Of a DNA stretch of 64,000 bases, positions 28,236-42,344 are shown in pieces. The translations under genes were made by a program, and so were the position numbers. The notes beneath the pieces are model-generated. The model was not told the DNA's origin. It searched no databases and saw only the letters and a program-made list of their open reading frames with translations. How positions within the stretch are numbered: position 1 is the stretch's first letter; every line of letters begins with the position of its first letter. The DNA is taken from assembly GCA_964016885.1 (NCBI GenBank), contig OZ024741.1, forward strand, positions 327,174,001 to 327,238,000, read 5' to 3'. The DNA comes from Eledone cirrhosa. Its lineage: Eukaryota.

Positions 28236-28629
28236 TAAACGGAATAGAAAATGCTGACAAATTGTTCACAGTTGAAAAATGGTTTAATTAGGAATAAAAG
28301 AGTATTAGTGATCGTATGGGTTAGTATTCAGTTGTGGTTTTAAGTTTTTAAGTTTTTACCGGTTGCGCATTTCTAAATGCTTTTCAAAAATAATTTTGAG
28401 ATAGAGTGTCCGTGCTGTTTGCTCTGATCAGAGCAAACAGCACGGACACTCTATCTCAAAATTATTTTTGAAAAGCATTTAGAAATGCGCAACCGGTAAA
28501 AACTTAAAAACTTAAAACCACAACTGAATACTAACCCATACGATCACTAATACTCTTTTATTCCTAATTAAACCATTTTTCAACTGTGAACAATTTGTCA
28601 GCATTTTCTATTCCGTTTACCAATATATA
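28226..28629. repeat. Perfect ~400-bp palindrome with no loop
   Basis: Centre tttgctctga|tcagagcaaa at 28427/28428. Arms identical by eye. Confidence 0.9.
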
Positions 28630-28658
28630 ATAACTTGTGTGTTACACCTCTATTCTTT

Positions 28659-28730
<72 letters not shown>

Positions 28731-28920
28731 TAAACTAGTTAGACCATTTTACAACAGAGTAATCGATACGTGGAATAGTAGAGTTGGACTATAGCAGAAA
28801 GAGTCGACACCCAAGGGCTAAACGTTTGCTCTTTTAACAGCTAGTTCCAGAATAGTGGTTTAAACTGACAGAGCTCAGCCGTCAAACACCGACTCTTTTT
28901 GATATATATGAAAATATGTA

Positions 28921-28967
<47 letters not shown>

Positions 28968-28970
<3 letters not shown>

Positions 28971-29401
28971 AACGAGTAGGACCCCGACGGCTGAGCTCAA
29001 GCCGTTTCGACGGCTAATTCTAGACTGCGCTTTCGCATGGTGCAGGTGAAAGAACTTAAGCTTAGCAGAAAAGTCTGGGTACGGCGTGGTAGTGTCGGAA
29101 AGTGTTCTACTACGGGAATAGGAGCTAGATAACGAAGGAAATGTGGTAAGGAACCAGATGGACCATAACGCACCAAACTACTCAATACTTAGGGTAGTAG
29201 AGAGTGTAATAGGAACGAGTAGGACCCCGAAGGCTGAGCTCAAGCCGTTTCGACGACTAATTCTAGTCCAGAATTAGTCGTCGAAACGGCTTGAGCTCAG
29301 CCGTCGGGGTCCTACTCGTTCCTATTACCCACTCTACTGCCCTAAGTATTGAGTACTTTGGTGCGTTATGGTCCACCTGGTTACTTACCACATTTCCTTC
29401 G

Positions 29402-29404
<3 letters not shown>
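28968..29404. mobile_element. Family C fold-back copy (3' halves of the hammerhead only), between (TA)n arrays
   Basis: aggaacgagtaggaccccgacggctgagctcaagccgtttcgac at 28968 and 29211, inverted at 29278-29323. Confidence 0.75.
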
Positions 29405-29459
<55 letters not shown>

Positions 29460-30334
29460 GGAGAGAGAGTTAGAGAGAGTGATAGAGAGAGAGAGATTGC
29501 TATAGATATGTATAGTTATAGATGGGACACGTAAGGACAATAAAGAATGAATATTACTCATCAAAATCTACTTACAGCACAGTTTCACAGCGTAAGACTA
29601 ATATCAGACGTCTTATCTATCCAAGTCAATTTAAATTGTCAGTAGGCGCTAATCATTGGACGGAGCGGTTCTCATGCTGTAAGAATAATACTTTTTATAT
29701 AGCCGCCGTATATGGGTTGTCCAAATGAAAAAAAATATTACGTTCATGATGACCTGCCATTTTGCTAACGTATCTGAATTATTTATTGAGCCATCTCTGT
29801 TGGACATACACCCACACGCACACAAACACACACACACATACACACACACACGCGCACACAAACACAGACACACACACACACACAGACACAGACACAGACA
29901 CACACACATATGTATATGTGCATACATATCTATGTCTGCGTGTATTTGCATAGAAGCTAAGTCAAGGCTATCTGCTGGTGGTTGAGAATAAGCGAAGAAG
30001 TCTTTAATACATATGGGCGATTTAAACGTGAGAAGAGACATTACCGATATTTTGTAATATAAATTTTGTATAGCAATCAACTTGTCAGATGCAGTCCCGT
30101 AGAAGCTCATTCGTATTTACCTTGTTGATAGGAAAATGACGATGCTGGTTACTGTAGTTGCGAAGAAAGTGAAGAGAGGAACATAAACAGCGCAGGTGAA
30201 GAGTCAACATAAATGAAGAGCGAAATTATAGTTTTCAATATAACATTGAGATTAAAGGTAAATTAGGAGAATATAAGAATAAAATGATACGTAAACCAGA
30301 AGAGTGATCTGGTGTGATTAATAGAGAGATTGAC

Positions 30335-30534
<200 letters not shown>

Positions 30535-30731
30535 CGTTTCTGAATTTGTTTAGCAAGATTCTTTATCTGAAATCGTGTGTTGAAACCGATATTGTTATAC
30601 TTTGGGAGGGTCATGTTGCCAATAAGAAACACACGCACCAGTTGCTTTCACTTCAATTTAATTTAATATATATTTATAAATTTCTGGTTGGTTGGTTGGT
30701 TCCACAACCAGATAGTTGTTTATATATATAT

Positions 30732-30776
30732 AGTCATAGTTCTTTCGTCACACACTCTGTGACCTCTTCAGTGACT
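30732..30776 (-). ncRNA. Minimal type-I hammerhead (mirror copy)
   Basis: Reverse complement of 30882-30926. Confidence 0.85.
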
Positions 30777-30881
30777 GGGGATTTCTTTCTTCGTTTCTGT
30801 GCCTTTCCTTTCTTCTATCCTACGCCATTTTGGCGTAGGATAGAAGAAAGGAAAGGCACAGAAACGAAGAAAGAAATCCCC

Positions 30882-30926
30882 AGTCACTGAAGAGGTCACA
30901 GAGTGTGTGACGAAAGAACTATGACT
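30882..30926 (+). ncRNA. Minimal type-I hammerhead
   Basis: agtca-CTGAAGA-g-gtcac-agagtgt-gtgac-GAAA-gaac-TA-tgact. Confidence 0.85.
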
Positions 30927-31061
30927 ATATATATATAAACAACTATCTGGTTGTGGAACCAACCAACCAACCAGAAATTTATAAATATATATTAAATTAA
31001 ATTGAAGTGAAAGCAACTGGTGCGTGTGTTTCTTATTGGCAACATGACCCTCCCAAAGTAT

Positions 31062-31092
<31 letters not shown>

Positions 31093-31098
<6 letters not shown>

Positions 31099-31278
31099 GA
31101 ACCAGTAAGACCCCGACAGCTGAGCTCAAGCCGTTTCGACGGCTGAATTAGCCGTCGAAACGGCTTGAGCTCAGCTGTCGGGGTCTTACTGGTTCCTAAT
31201 ACCCACTCTACTACCTCAAGTATTGAGTACTTTGGTGCGTTATGGTCCACCTGCTTCCTTACCACATTTCCTTCGTTA
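31093..31278. mobile_element. Family C mini fold-back copy between (TA)n arrays
   Basis: Palindrome attaggaaccagtaagaccccgac...gctgaattagc...gtcggggtcttactggttcctaat. Confidence 0.75.
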
Positions 31279-31291
31279 TATATATATATAT

Positions 31292-31359
<68 letters not shown>

Positions 31360-31393
31360 AGATTTGAATGGATACAGTTTAGTTGAAAGGAAT

Positions 31394-31513
31394 TTATTGA
31401 CACGTGTTTCTATAACAGTTACATAACCTAAAACAGCTGCTATCTACAAACTTTTAGTTATGCAGACATTCAATATTTCAATGTTATTATTTACTGTCAT
31501 TTCATCGGAATAA
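31394..31513 (-). ncRNA. Minimal type-I hammerhead with U4C change (CCGATGA) and long stem II
   Basis: Minus strand reads ttatt-CCGATGA-a-atgacagt...actgttat-a-GAAA-cacgtg-TC-aataa. Confidence 0.65.
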
Positions 31514-32087
31514 TATTACTGAGGACCTATTTAGTTTTTATAGAGAATATTAGGAGGGAGGGGTGAAGTTGTTAGAAGAATAGTTGAAGGAGTGGTTTTT
31601 CGATAGCAGTGAGAATTCTTGGTGGCAGTGAGTAATTAGATTCCCATCTGTTGTTTTGATATTTTTTATAGAATATATTATTGGTTATTTTTCTAAATCT
31701 ATAGAAGGATTAGAGATAGTAATGCGTGGTTGGTTTTGTGTTTGCACTTAATTAACATTCAGACTTAAATTTTTCTTTCAAGTGTACGTATCCTTTCACC
31801 CACGCATTCACACACAAATATATTTGCACACCTCTACAAAATACATATACTCACAATTTACATATTCATACTTACATATATATACACATGCATACACATA
31901 TATATACACACATGTATTCATGTACATACAATGTGTATACATTTTCATACTCAACTTATCTTTATATACACATGTATAGACACACACATATATACATACT
32001 TACTCTAGGCCATGTGTACACACATACACATACATACACATCCATATACACATATATACATACATATACATATATATATACATATAC

Positions 32088-32156
<69 letters not shown>

Positions 32157-32487
32157 TATACATATATATATACACATATATATAAGCACTTTAATACATG
32201 AATACACTTACATCTAACTATACACATCAAACATATATATATATTTACTTATTTATATACATTTTCACATATATATACATACTTATGGACGTTTTTAGAC
32301 ACATTCATTATCGCATATTTGCACCTATTCTCATCAGCATATCTTTCCATTATTAGTGTGGTAATGTAAGGTTATTAATATATGTTGAGAAGAGATTGTT
32401 TTTATATTTTTCTAACTAGATTAAGGTTTATATAGTTGGGGGATGTCCCTCTTTTATGTATTATTCGGCTTGTAGTGGGAAAAAAGG

Positions 32488-32528
<41 letters not shown>

Positions 32529-32564
32529 TATGTATATATATATATATATTATATATATATATAT

Positions 32565-32677
<113 letters not shown>

Positions 32678-33339
32678 GTCAATCTCTCTATTAATCACAC
32701 CAGATCACTCTTCTGGTTTACGTATCATTCTATCCTTATATTCTCCTAATTTACCTTTAATCTGAATGTTATATTGAAAACTATAATTTCTCTCTTCATT
32801 TATGTTGACTCTTCACCTGCGCTGTTTATGTTCCTCTCTTCACATATACATACATATATATGTACATACATATATATATATATATACATATGTAAATAAA
32901 ACGAGTAAATCAGACAAAGTTGGAATTCCTTTTATTAATATAATCTTCTATACACAATCATACACACCCGTGTATATTTTTCTCTCTCTCTATATATATA
33001 TATATACTATAAAGTATGTCCATAGAATCATTTGATAAGATATATACAGCATCTCCTCTCCCAATCAGCATAATAAACCACACAAAAAAACAATTAAACC
33101 ATATATATGTGTGTGTGTATATTTGTATTCGTGTACCTACATGGCGATATGCATATTAAAATACGGGATGTGTTTGGAAAAATATTTGAAGGCATGATGT
33201 TAAAAATTGTAATGTTTTGACCAACGCCACATACTTTGTTTTTATTGAAGCTGGGTATGTGGCGATATTCCCAACCTTAGCAATCATAGTGAAAGGCCTT
33301 CACATGTTTTTCATATGTAATCAATATACAATACATACA

Positions 33340-34510
33340 TTTCCCCCCGCCTCCCACCTCATCGTCCGCACCCACCGCACACCCATCATCTACTTCCCTC
33401 CCAAGAACCGCAAACCCGACAACCCCGGTCGCCCCATCGTCTCCACCTGCAATTGCCCCACTGAACTGATGTCCGCTTATTTCGACTCTATCCTCGCCCC
33501 TCTCGTCACCGCACTCCCCTCCCACATCTGCGACACCAACCACGCCCTTCATCTGTTTGACTCCCTCACACTCCCACCCGGCCCACGCCCCCTCCACTTC
33601 ACCCTAGACATTAAGTCACTTTACACCCTCATCCCCCGCGGTGACAGCCTACGCGCCCTCCGCCAATACCTCGACCTTCGCCCGTCCCTCATCCGCTCCA
33701 CCCCACCCTCCTCCGCCTCGCCGAACTGGTCCTCACTCTTAACTGCTTCTCCTTCTCGGGTTAATTTTAGTGCAGGTCACTGGGGTAGACATGGGAACAA
33801 GATTGGGCCCCAACTATGCCAACATTTTCATTGGCCATGTTGAGGGCCAAATCTTTGCACAATACACCGGCCTAACGCCCAAACTGTACGGTCGGTACAT
33901 TAACGACTGCAACGGAACCACGACCTTCACCCGAGAACAGCTCGATTCCATTCCCTCCTTCTTCTGCTACTTCCACCCCCTCCCTCCACTTCACCACCTC
34001 TATCTCCACCACCAACATCCACTTCTAGGACATCTACGTCACCATCTATCCCTCCCTCAGCACCTTCGTCACCTCCGCTTTCTTCAAACCCACCTCCTCT
34101 CACTCCTAAATCGACTCCACCTCCTACCACCCCACATACACAAAACACTACATCCCCTACTCCCAACTCCTCCGGATCTGCCGCCTCTGCAGCCGAGTTG
34201 CTGACTTCGAGGCTCAGCCATTTCATCCGGAATGTTTACGCCAACGTCCACGATGTCCTCACTCGCGCCCGCGCAGTCCATCGCGCCACAGCCCTCACCC
34301 TCACCCCTCGCCTACGCACCCCAACCAACGTCTGCCCTTCCCCCTCACCTACAACCAATCCACCCTACCTCTCCACCGCACCATCTTCCGACTATTCCGA
34401 CGCCTCCATTCTGACCACTCCACCGCCCCCATCTTCCCATCTTCACCTATCCCCTCCTTCAAACACGCGCGCAACTTCCGCAATCTCCTCGTCCGCAGCT
34501 CCCTAACACC
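33340..34510 (+). pseudogene. C-rich PLE reverse transcriptase remnant
   Basis: KPDNPGRPIVSTCNCPTE, FTLDIKSLYTLIP, GVDMGTRLGPNYANIFIG, RYINDC (decayed YIDD). Frameshifted. Confidence 0.85.
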
Positions 34511-34524
34511 AACCGCCTTCACCT

Positions 34525-35118
34525 GGAAAGAAATAAAAATAGCATCTACACACAGAAAAGACGCAATGTTTAGACAAATCACAGAGGCAATAAACATAAA
34601 TGAACTCCAACCAAAATTAAATAGAAAACATGAATGGAATCGCAGCATCACAACTTACAATTAAGGACAAAATGAAAACACACACACACATAGAACAAAC
34701 AACTAACTAGTAACATGTAAATAAACAAATAAATAAACAAATATAAATATACACAGACATCCGGATGTAACACATGCGCAAACTAAGCACACAACGCACA
34801 CAAAAACAAGATGGCGTAGGACAGAACAAAGGAGAGGCACAAAAAAAAAGAAAATAATCCCCGGTCACTGAAGAGATCACAGAATGTGTGACGAAAGAAC
34901 TTTGACAATATATGAACAACCTTCAGCTTGTGGAACCAACCAACCAACCGGAAATTTATAAATTCTTAAATTTATAAATTTAATTTATAATAAATTGGAG
35001 TGAAAGCAACTGGTGCGTGTGTTTCTTATTGGCAACATGACCCTCCCAAAGCATAACAATATCGGTTTCAACACACGTTTTCAGATAAAGAATCTTGCTA
35101 AACAAATTCAGAAACAAA
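34525..35118 (+). mobile_element. PLE 3' end with hammerhead at 34864-34906, ending in (TA)n
   Basis: RQITEAININELQPKLNRKHEW resembles the end of the 1-990 element. gtca-CTGAAGA-gatcac..gtgac-GAAA-gaac-TT-tgac. Confidence 0.8.
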
Positions 35119-35269
35119 TATATATATATATATATATATATACACAGGATATATGAAAACAGGGAGAAAAAGATGATTATTAGGAAGAAAGATTATTTTT
35201 CCTCTTTTTTTCTGGGTTAGAAAATGATTAAAACGAAATATTTTACTTTGTGTGAAGTGTTAAGATTTT

Positions 35270-37915
35270 AGTTGATTTATTTATTAATTAACAATGACAT
35301 TTATTTATTTATATATTTAATAATTGTCTATTACCGGTTTCAGCATTTTTATGCATTATCAAATGATAAAAATATGTATTATTGTTGTAGAATGGTGGTG
35401 TTGGACATGTTAAAGAAATGGTGCAGAAAGAATAATGTTATTTACAAACAAGGTTTATGAAGTGAGAAGTATATAGAAAAAAGGAGCGTAATCTGGAGCA
35501 TAATAAGGCAACGTGAAAGAAAAAATAATGTTATACACAGACATAGTTCTTGAAGATAAGCAGATCAAAATCTGTTAATATAGCAAGAGTGCTTAGTTGA
35601 TCCATGATAGAGACAAATGGTGGACTGGTGTTTGATATGATTTCCCTTTTTGGAGAGTTAATATGCAGGGCGAGGTAATTCAGGGTGGGTGAGGAATGGT
35701 AGATGGTATTTAATTTATTTAAGAAAAAAGATTAGGTAGGGTGTGAGGGAGGTAACTCTTTAGAAAGACATGTATTTGTAAATGTTTCATTGTTCGTTCC
35801 AGTTTTAGTTTAGTTCGAAGTTTAGTGTATTAAGTAGAGGTTGGAATGTGTTAATGAAATACGTTTCCATATTGGTACGATGGATGAAAGTAGCGTTGTC
35901 TATGAATTTGTAAATGGGGACCGTTTTAAAGTTTGGATGTTGGTTGGGTGCACAATTGGCGATATGTTCACGAAACGCAATCTTTATGTATTCCTGTATT
36001 TTGATTTGTGATTTATGGACGGTCATACGTTGTCGGAGGCTGTTTTTTGTCTGTCCTATGTAGTGATCTTGACAACCTGAGCAGGTCAAACATAGATTAG
36101 GTTTTCAGATGCACATGTATAGTTGTATTTAACTGTGAAATGTTGTCCTTGTTTAAAATGGAATGTTGAACCTTCTATTAGATTTGTTCATATGCCACAA
36201 TTGGGCCTTCCGCATTTTGTTACTGTAGGGTTCATTGTGAGGGTTTGTTGGATTTTGGCTTGTGTGAGGATGTTTTTTATAGATTTGGGTTGTCTTTTGC
36301 TCTTTTTGATGTTGTGTGTTTGGAGAATTTTGTTCATTTTGGGGTCTCTTTTTAGTAAAGGAATGTTCTGGAGGATGGTGTCGAATGCCTCATTGTTGAG
36401 GGGGTTGTGTGTGGAGATGTATGGTAGAGTTTTCAGGTTGCGGATCATTCCTGGCATAGGGTGTCTGAGTTCCTAGATGATCTATACTTCCATGCCAGAG
36501 GATGAAGCAGTCGTCCAGATATCTCTTCCAGTTCTTTTCTATGTGTTGGAAGACGTGGTTACCGTATTTGTCTAGAACTTTCCGGTAGAGAGTGGTTTCC
36601 AAATATCCCAGGAGAAGGTTGGCTTATGAGGGGGCTACTTTCGTGCCCAAGGCAGTCCCAGATTTCTGTCTGTAGTATTTGGCATTGAATTCGAAGAAAT
36701 TGTTTTCCAAGATGAATTTGACGCCCTCCAACGCAAATTCTTTAGGGATGCGCTGTGGAGTTCACTAAGGAAATTTTCAAGCCAGAATTGTATTGCCTCT
36801 ATACCTAGGTTGTGTGGAATATTGGAATATAAATTGATGACATTAAAGGTTACTAGTAGGTGATGTTCGTTATTGAGTGTTGTTGGGAGGTGGTTGAGCA
36901 TGTCAAGGTCGTTCCTTATGAAGGTTTTTATGTGTTTTAGGAAAGGTTTAAGCAGAATATCTAGGAAGTTGCTTAGGCGGTGGGTTTCACATGTGGTACC
37001 TGCTATTATGGGTCTTAATTTAAGGGCATCAGGAGGGGCTATATTGATGTAAATGTCTGTGGTTGCTTGCAGGTCCTACCTATTACTTCACCTTTGTGTG
37101 TCTTTTGGATACCGTAGAAGAGGGTGGTTCTGCTTTTGAAATTGGTGATGTAGTTGTATTCGTTGTCTGTAAGGCCTTCTTTGTAAATGGTGTTTAGGGA
37201 TTTTAGGTTTCTCATTATTTTCTGTTGTGTTGGGCCTTTTCATAATATGTTTGGTTTTCTAGAGTTGAGAGTACTAGAGTCGTGTAGTAATCTGTCCGCA
37301 TAAGGACTACTTCACTCCCTTTATCTGTCGCTTTGATTGTTAGGGTTTTGTCTTCTTTTAGACTGTTAAGACCATTCCATTCTCTTTTGCTTAGGTTTGG
37401 TTTTTGTTTATGTATGTGTAGGTGGTCATATGGGTAGTTAGTAATGTGTTCGCAGTATTGATCGAGGAATTTGTTGTTGCCTTTTGGTGGGGTGTAGTTG
37501 CTTCTATTTCTGACTATTGAGTCATCCTCATTGTATTTTTCGTATAGCTGCTCACTGAGTTTTAGTTTTCTAGAGAATTCTACAATATCTACCTTCATTT
37601 TGGGGTAGTTTGCTTGTTGGGGAGTTGGTGTAAATTTTAGACCTTGGGAGAATATGTTTATTCGGCCTGTTGTTAATTCTTTAGAGGTTAAATTAACAAT
37701 TTTTATTACATTTTGTGTCTCCTGTGTGTTTTGTGTTATCTTTTTATCCTGTGTCTGTGTGGTGTGTCTAAAAAATGATTACGGAAGTTGTCGTGGCTGT
37801 TGAAGTTTGGATAATCTTATGGTTGTATTGGCCCCTGCTATTGTTGTTTGATGGTGTGTAGCTGTGGTGGTTGTTGAAGTTAGGATGTATAGTGTGGTTG
37901 TATTGAGCCCTTTCT
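35270..37915 (-). mobile_element. Inverted, 5'-truncated and internally deleted copy of the PLE at 37980-42312
   Basis: ATDKGS, WKRYLDDCF, KCGRPNCGI, CSGCQDHYIGQT. About 350 bp of the RT thumb is deleted at ~36475. Confidence 0.9.
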
Positions 37916-37979
37916 GTTTTATATATCGTAACTCGTGTATATATCCTAACTTGTGGGCTTCCTCTCCACATTTTATTAT

Positions 37980-40900
37980 TATTATTCACTCCCACACGAG
38001 ATACAGAAAATGCCCACTAAAACAAAAACAGACTCCACTCTCATTAGCATCAATCAAGAGATACTCCAAGAACTACAAAAAATAAACTCTAATTTGTCAA
38101 TACTCACCAATAAACTTAACTCTACAAGTGAAGAGACTATCCCCAAATACACATCTTATGAAATCAACGAAAATATTAACAACTTATGTGAAACAATAAA
38201 AACACAACTGAATAACAACACAAACCCTATTCAAACGAACGAGTAAACACATGACACTAATACACTTACAACTTACCAAATAAAAACAAATTAATACCAC
38301 AATGGTACACATCTTTTAAAAACAGGAAATTCTCCTTTTGGAAGATGATACAAAACAATAACAAAGCGGAGAACTATGAAACATGGATTAACTAATCCCC
38401 ATTAATCATCCTCCGCAAACTACAAATTAAATCCATCCCAAACGAACCAGAGACACAAAGACACCTCAGGGAAAGAATTGCACTTAATAAAATAAAAACC
38501 GAAATTGAACTCCTTAAATTGAGAGCCCAAACAAATGAAGATAGGATCAAATGAATCGACGATGAGATTAATCAAGCAATTATCAATAAAACCAAAGACA
38601 CCACCCTGAAAATATTTCAAAATTATGGTTAGAGGACTGTAATAAGGAAGAATTAAAATCCCTTCAACTTTGGGAAATAAACGAAACCTGGTTCTCTAAC
38701 TATGAAACATTTTTCCAAAAAGAACACACATCCAAGAACCCCTTCATTAATACCATAATAACAAAAAACTCAATCAACACCCAAACACCAAACAACAACC
38801 AACAACAACAAAAAGAAACAATACCTCCCCACAAACCAAAAAAAGAAGGCATCACCTCGCCCCTACCTCCTACACCCTTCACATAACTAACACACGGATT
38901 CCCAAGCAACAAATATAGTAATAGAGAAACATCAGCTACAAGATAGACACTACAACTTCTCTCCCACCAGGAGAAACCATAAAAACCCCACACTTACAAC
39001 CCCCCTAACATCCCCACACAACAAACCCACAACCATCATTACTTCCAAAATAGAACCCAAAATACACAACTGCCACACATGTCACATAGGGCCTCACAAA
39101 CACAAACCAACTATAAGGAAACCCTAATCTACCCTCACCTACTAGCCACATCCTACTACAACAACACCAGCAGGGAACAATACAACCGCACGAGACACCC
39201 TAACCACTACAACCAACATAACTACACACCATAAAACAGCAACAGCAGGACTCAATACAACCACACAAGACAATCTTACTACAGCTACCACCAAGTCTAC
39301 ACACCCTACAACAACAACAACAATACTCAGCACAACCATACGATACAACCCAACTTCAACAACCACCACAACTTCACACCCTATAACCACGTCCATCAAA
39401 TCTACACACCCTACAACAACATCAGCAGGGCTCAATACAACAACACGATACAACCTAACTTCAACAACCACCACAGCTACACACCATCAAACAACAACAG
39501 CAGGGGCCAATACAACCATAAGATACATCCAAACTTCAACAGCCACCACAACTTCCGTAATCATTTTTTAGACACAACACAACGACACAGGATAAAAAGA
39601 TAACAAAAATTACAGAAGACACAAAATGTAATAAAAATTGTTAATTAAGCTCTAAAGAATTAACAACAGACCAAATCAACATACTCTCCCAAGGTCTAAA
39701 ATTTACACCAACTCCCCAACGACCAAACTACCCCGAAATGAAGGAAGATATTGCAGAATTCTTTTGAAAACTAAAACTCAGCGAGCAACTATACAATAAA
39801 TACAATGAAGATGACTCAATAGCCAGAAATAGAAGCAACTACACCCAACCAAAAGGCAAGAACAAATGCCTCGATCAATTCTGCGAACACAAAACTAAAT
39901 ACCCATACCACCACCTACACAGATATACACAAACAAAAACATAAGCAAAAAGGAATGGAATGGGCTTAACAGTCTAAAAAACGGCAAAACCCTAACAATC
40001 AAAGAGGCAGATAAAGGGAGTGCAGTAGTCCTTATGGGGACAGATTACTACACGACTCTAGTACTCTCAATTCTAGAAAAGCAAACATATTATGAAAAGG
40101 CCCAACACTACACACAACAGAAAATAATGAGAAACCTAAAATCCCTAACAACACTTTACAAAGAAGGCCTTACAGACAAGGAATACAACTACAACACCAA
40201 TTTCGAAAGCAAAACCGCCCTCTTCTACGGTATCCCCAAAACACACAAAAGCGAAGTAATAGGTAAGGCCTGCAAGCAAGCCACAGATTTTTACATCAAT
40301 ATAGCCCCTCCTGATGACCTTAAATTAAGACCCGTAATAGCAAGTACCACTTGTGAAACACACCGCCTAAGCAACTTCCTAGATATTCTGCTTAACCCTT
40401 TCCTAAAACACATAAAGACCTTCATAAGGAACGACCTTGACATGCTCAACTACCTCCCAACAACACTCAATAATGAACATACCCTACTAGTTACCTTTGA
40501 TGTCACCTATTTATATTCCAATATCCCACACAACCTAGGTATAGAGGCAATACAATTCTGGCTTGAAAATTTCCCTAGTGAACTCCTCAGCGCATCCCTA
40601 AAGAATTTGTGTTGGAGGGACTCAATTTCATCTTGGAAAACAATTTCTTCGAATTCAATGCCAAATACTACAGACAGAAATCTGGGACTGCCATGAGCAC
40701 GAAAGTAGCCCCCTCATACGCCAACCTTGTCATGGGATATTTGGAAACCACTCTCTACCGCAAAGTTCTAGACAAATACGTTAACCACTTCTACCAACAC
40801 AGAAAAGAACTGGAAGAGATATCTGGACGACTGCTTCATCCTCTGGCATGAAAGTATAGACAGACTGATTCAGTTTAAAACCCTTCTAAATGTACTCAAC

Positions 40901-42312
40901 ACAAACTTACAATTCACAATGGATTACAGCCAGGAGAAACTCCCTTTCCTCGACATCCTCATCAAGAAAACAAACAACAAAATAGAAACTGACATATACT
41001 ACAAACCCACAGACTCCAAACAATACCTCCATATTCAACTCGTGCCACCCTCGGCATACCAAAATGGCAATTCCTTATAACCTAGCCAAAAGGATCTGCA
41101 CAATAGTTTAAGATAAATACACATGCTATCCACGACTAGAAGAATTAAAAAACACACTTATCAGCAGAAACTACTCACCATCCCTAATCAACAATGGATT
41201 CCAACGTGCCCTAAAACTCGATATCCAGGAACTCAGACACCCCAAACCCAGGAATGAACCGCAACAGAAAACTCTACCATACATCTCCACACACAACCCC
41301 CTCAACAATGAGGCATTCGACATCATGCTCCAGAACATTCCCTTAATAAAAAGAGACCCAAGAGTGATCAAAATCCTCCAAATACACAACTTCATAAAGA
41401 GCAAAAGACAACCTAAATCCATAAAAAAACATCCTCACACAAGCCAAAATCCAACAAACCCTCACAATGAACCCTACAGTAACAAAATGCGGAAGGCCCA
41501 ACTGTGGCATATGCATAAATCTAATAGAAGGTTCAACATTCCATTTTAAACAATGACAACACAGTTAAACACAACTTTACATGTGCATCTGAAAACCTAA
41601 TCTATGTTTTGACCTGCTCAGGTTGTCAAGAGCACTACATAGGACACACAAAAAACAACCCCCGACAACGTATGACCGTCCATAAATCACAAATCAGATT
41701 GCATTTAGTGAACATATCGACAATTGTGCACCCAACAAACATCCAAACTTTAAAATTTTCCCCATTTACAAATTCATAGACAATGCTACTTTCATCCATC
41801 GTACCAATAAGGAAACGTATTTCATTAACAAATGCCCACCTCTACTTAATGCACTAAACTTCGGACTAAACTAAAGCTGGAACGAACATTTACAAATACC
41901 TATGTCCCTGTAAAGGTTTACCTCCTTCACACCCTACCTAATCCTTTTTCTTAAATAAATTAAATACCATCTACTCTTTCTCTCCTACCCTGAATTACCT
42001 CCCCATTCATATTAACTCTCCAACAAGGGAAATCATATCAAACGCCAGTCCACCATTTGCCTCCATCATGGGTCAACTAAGCACTCTTGCTTTATTAACA
42101 GATTTTGATCTGCTTATCTTCAAACACTATGCCTGTAAATAACATTATTCTTTCTGCACCATTTCTTTAACATGTCCAACACCACCATTCTACACCAATA
42201 CATATTATTATCATTAGATAATGCATAAAAATTCTGAAACCGGTAATAGACAATTATTGAATATATAAATATATAAATAAATGCCATTGTTAATTAATAA
42301 ATAAATCAACTA
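37980..42312 (+). mobile_element. Near-full-length decayed Penelope-like element (RT + Cys linker + GIY-YIG; Neptune-like)
   Basis: LSQGLKFTPTP, EADKG, FYGIPKTHK, LRPVIAS, FDVTYLYSNIP, GTAMSTKVAPSYANL, YLDDCF (~40820), LPFLD, NLIYVLTCSGCQEHYIG (~41595). Internal tandem repeats at 39130-39560. Confidence 0.92.
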
Positions 42313-42344
42313 ATACCTTAATAATGAAATATTACCTTGACAGG

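Noticed and set aside
28482-28500. Hammerhead 3' half GAAA-tgcgca
   Set aside because: It is followed by AC rather than UH in both family copies, and no CUGANGA half was found.
28744-28780. CR1/L2-like 3' remnant (FYNRVIDTWNS)
   Set aside because: The match is too short to support as a feature.
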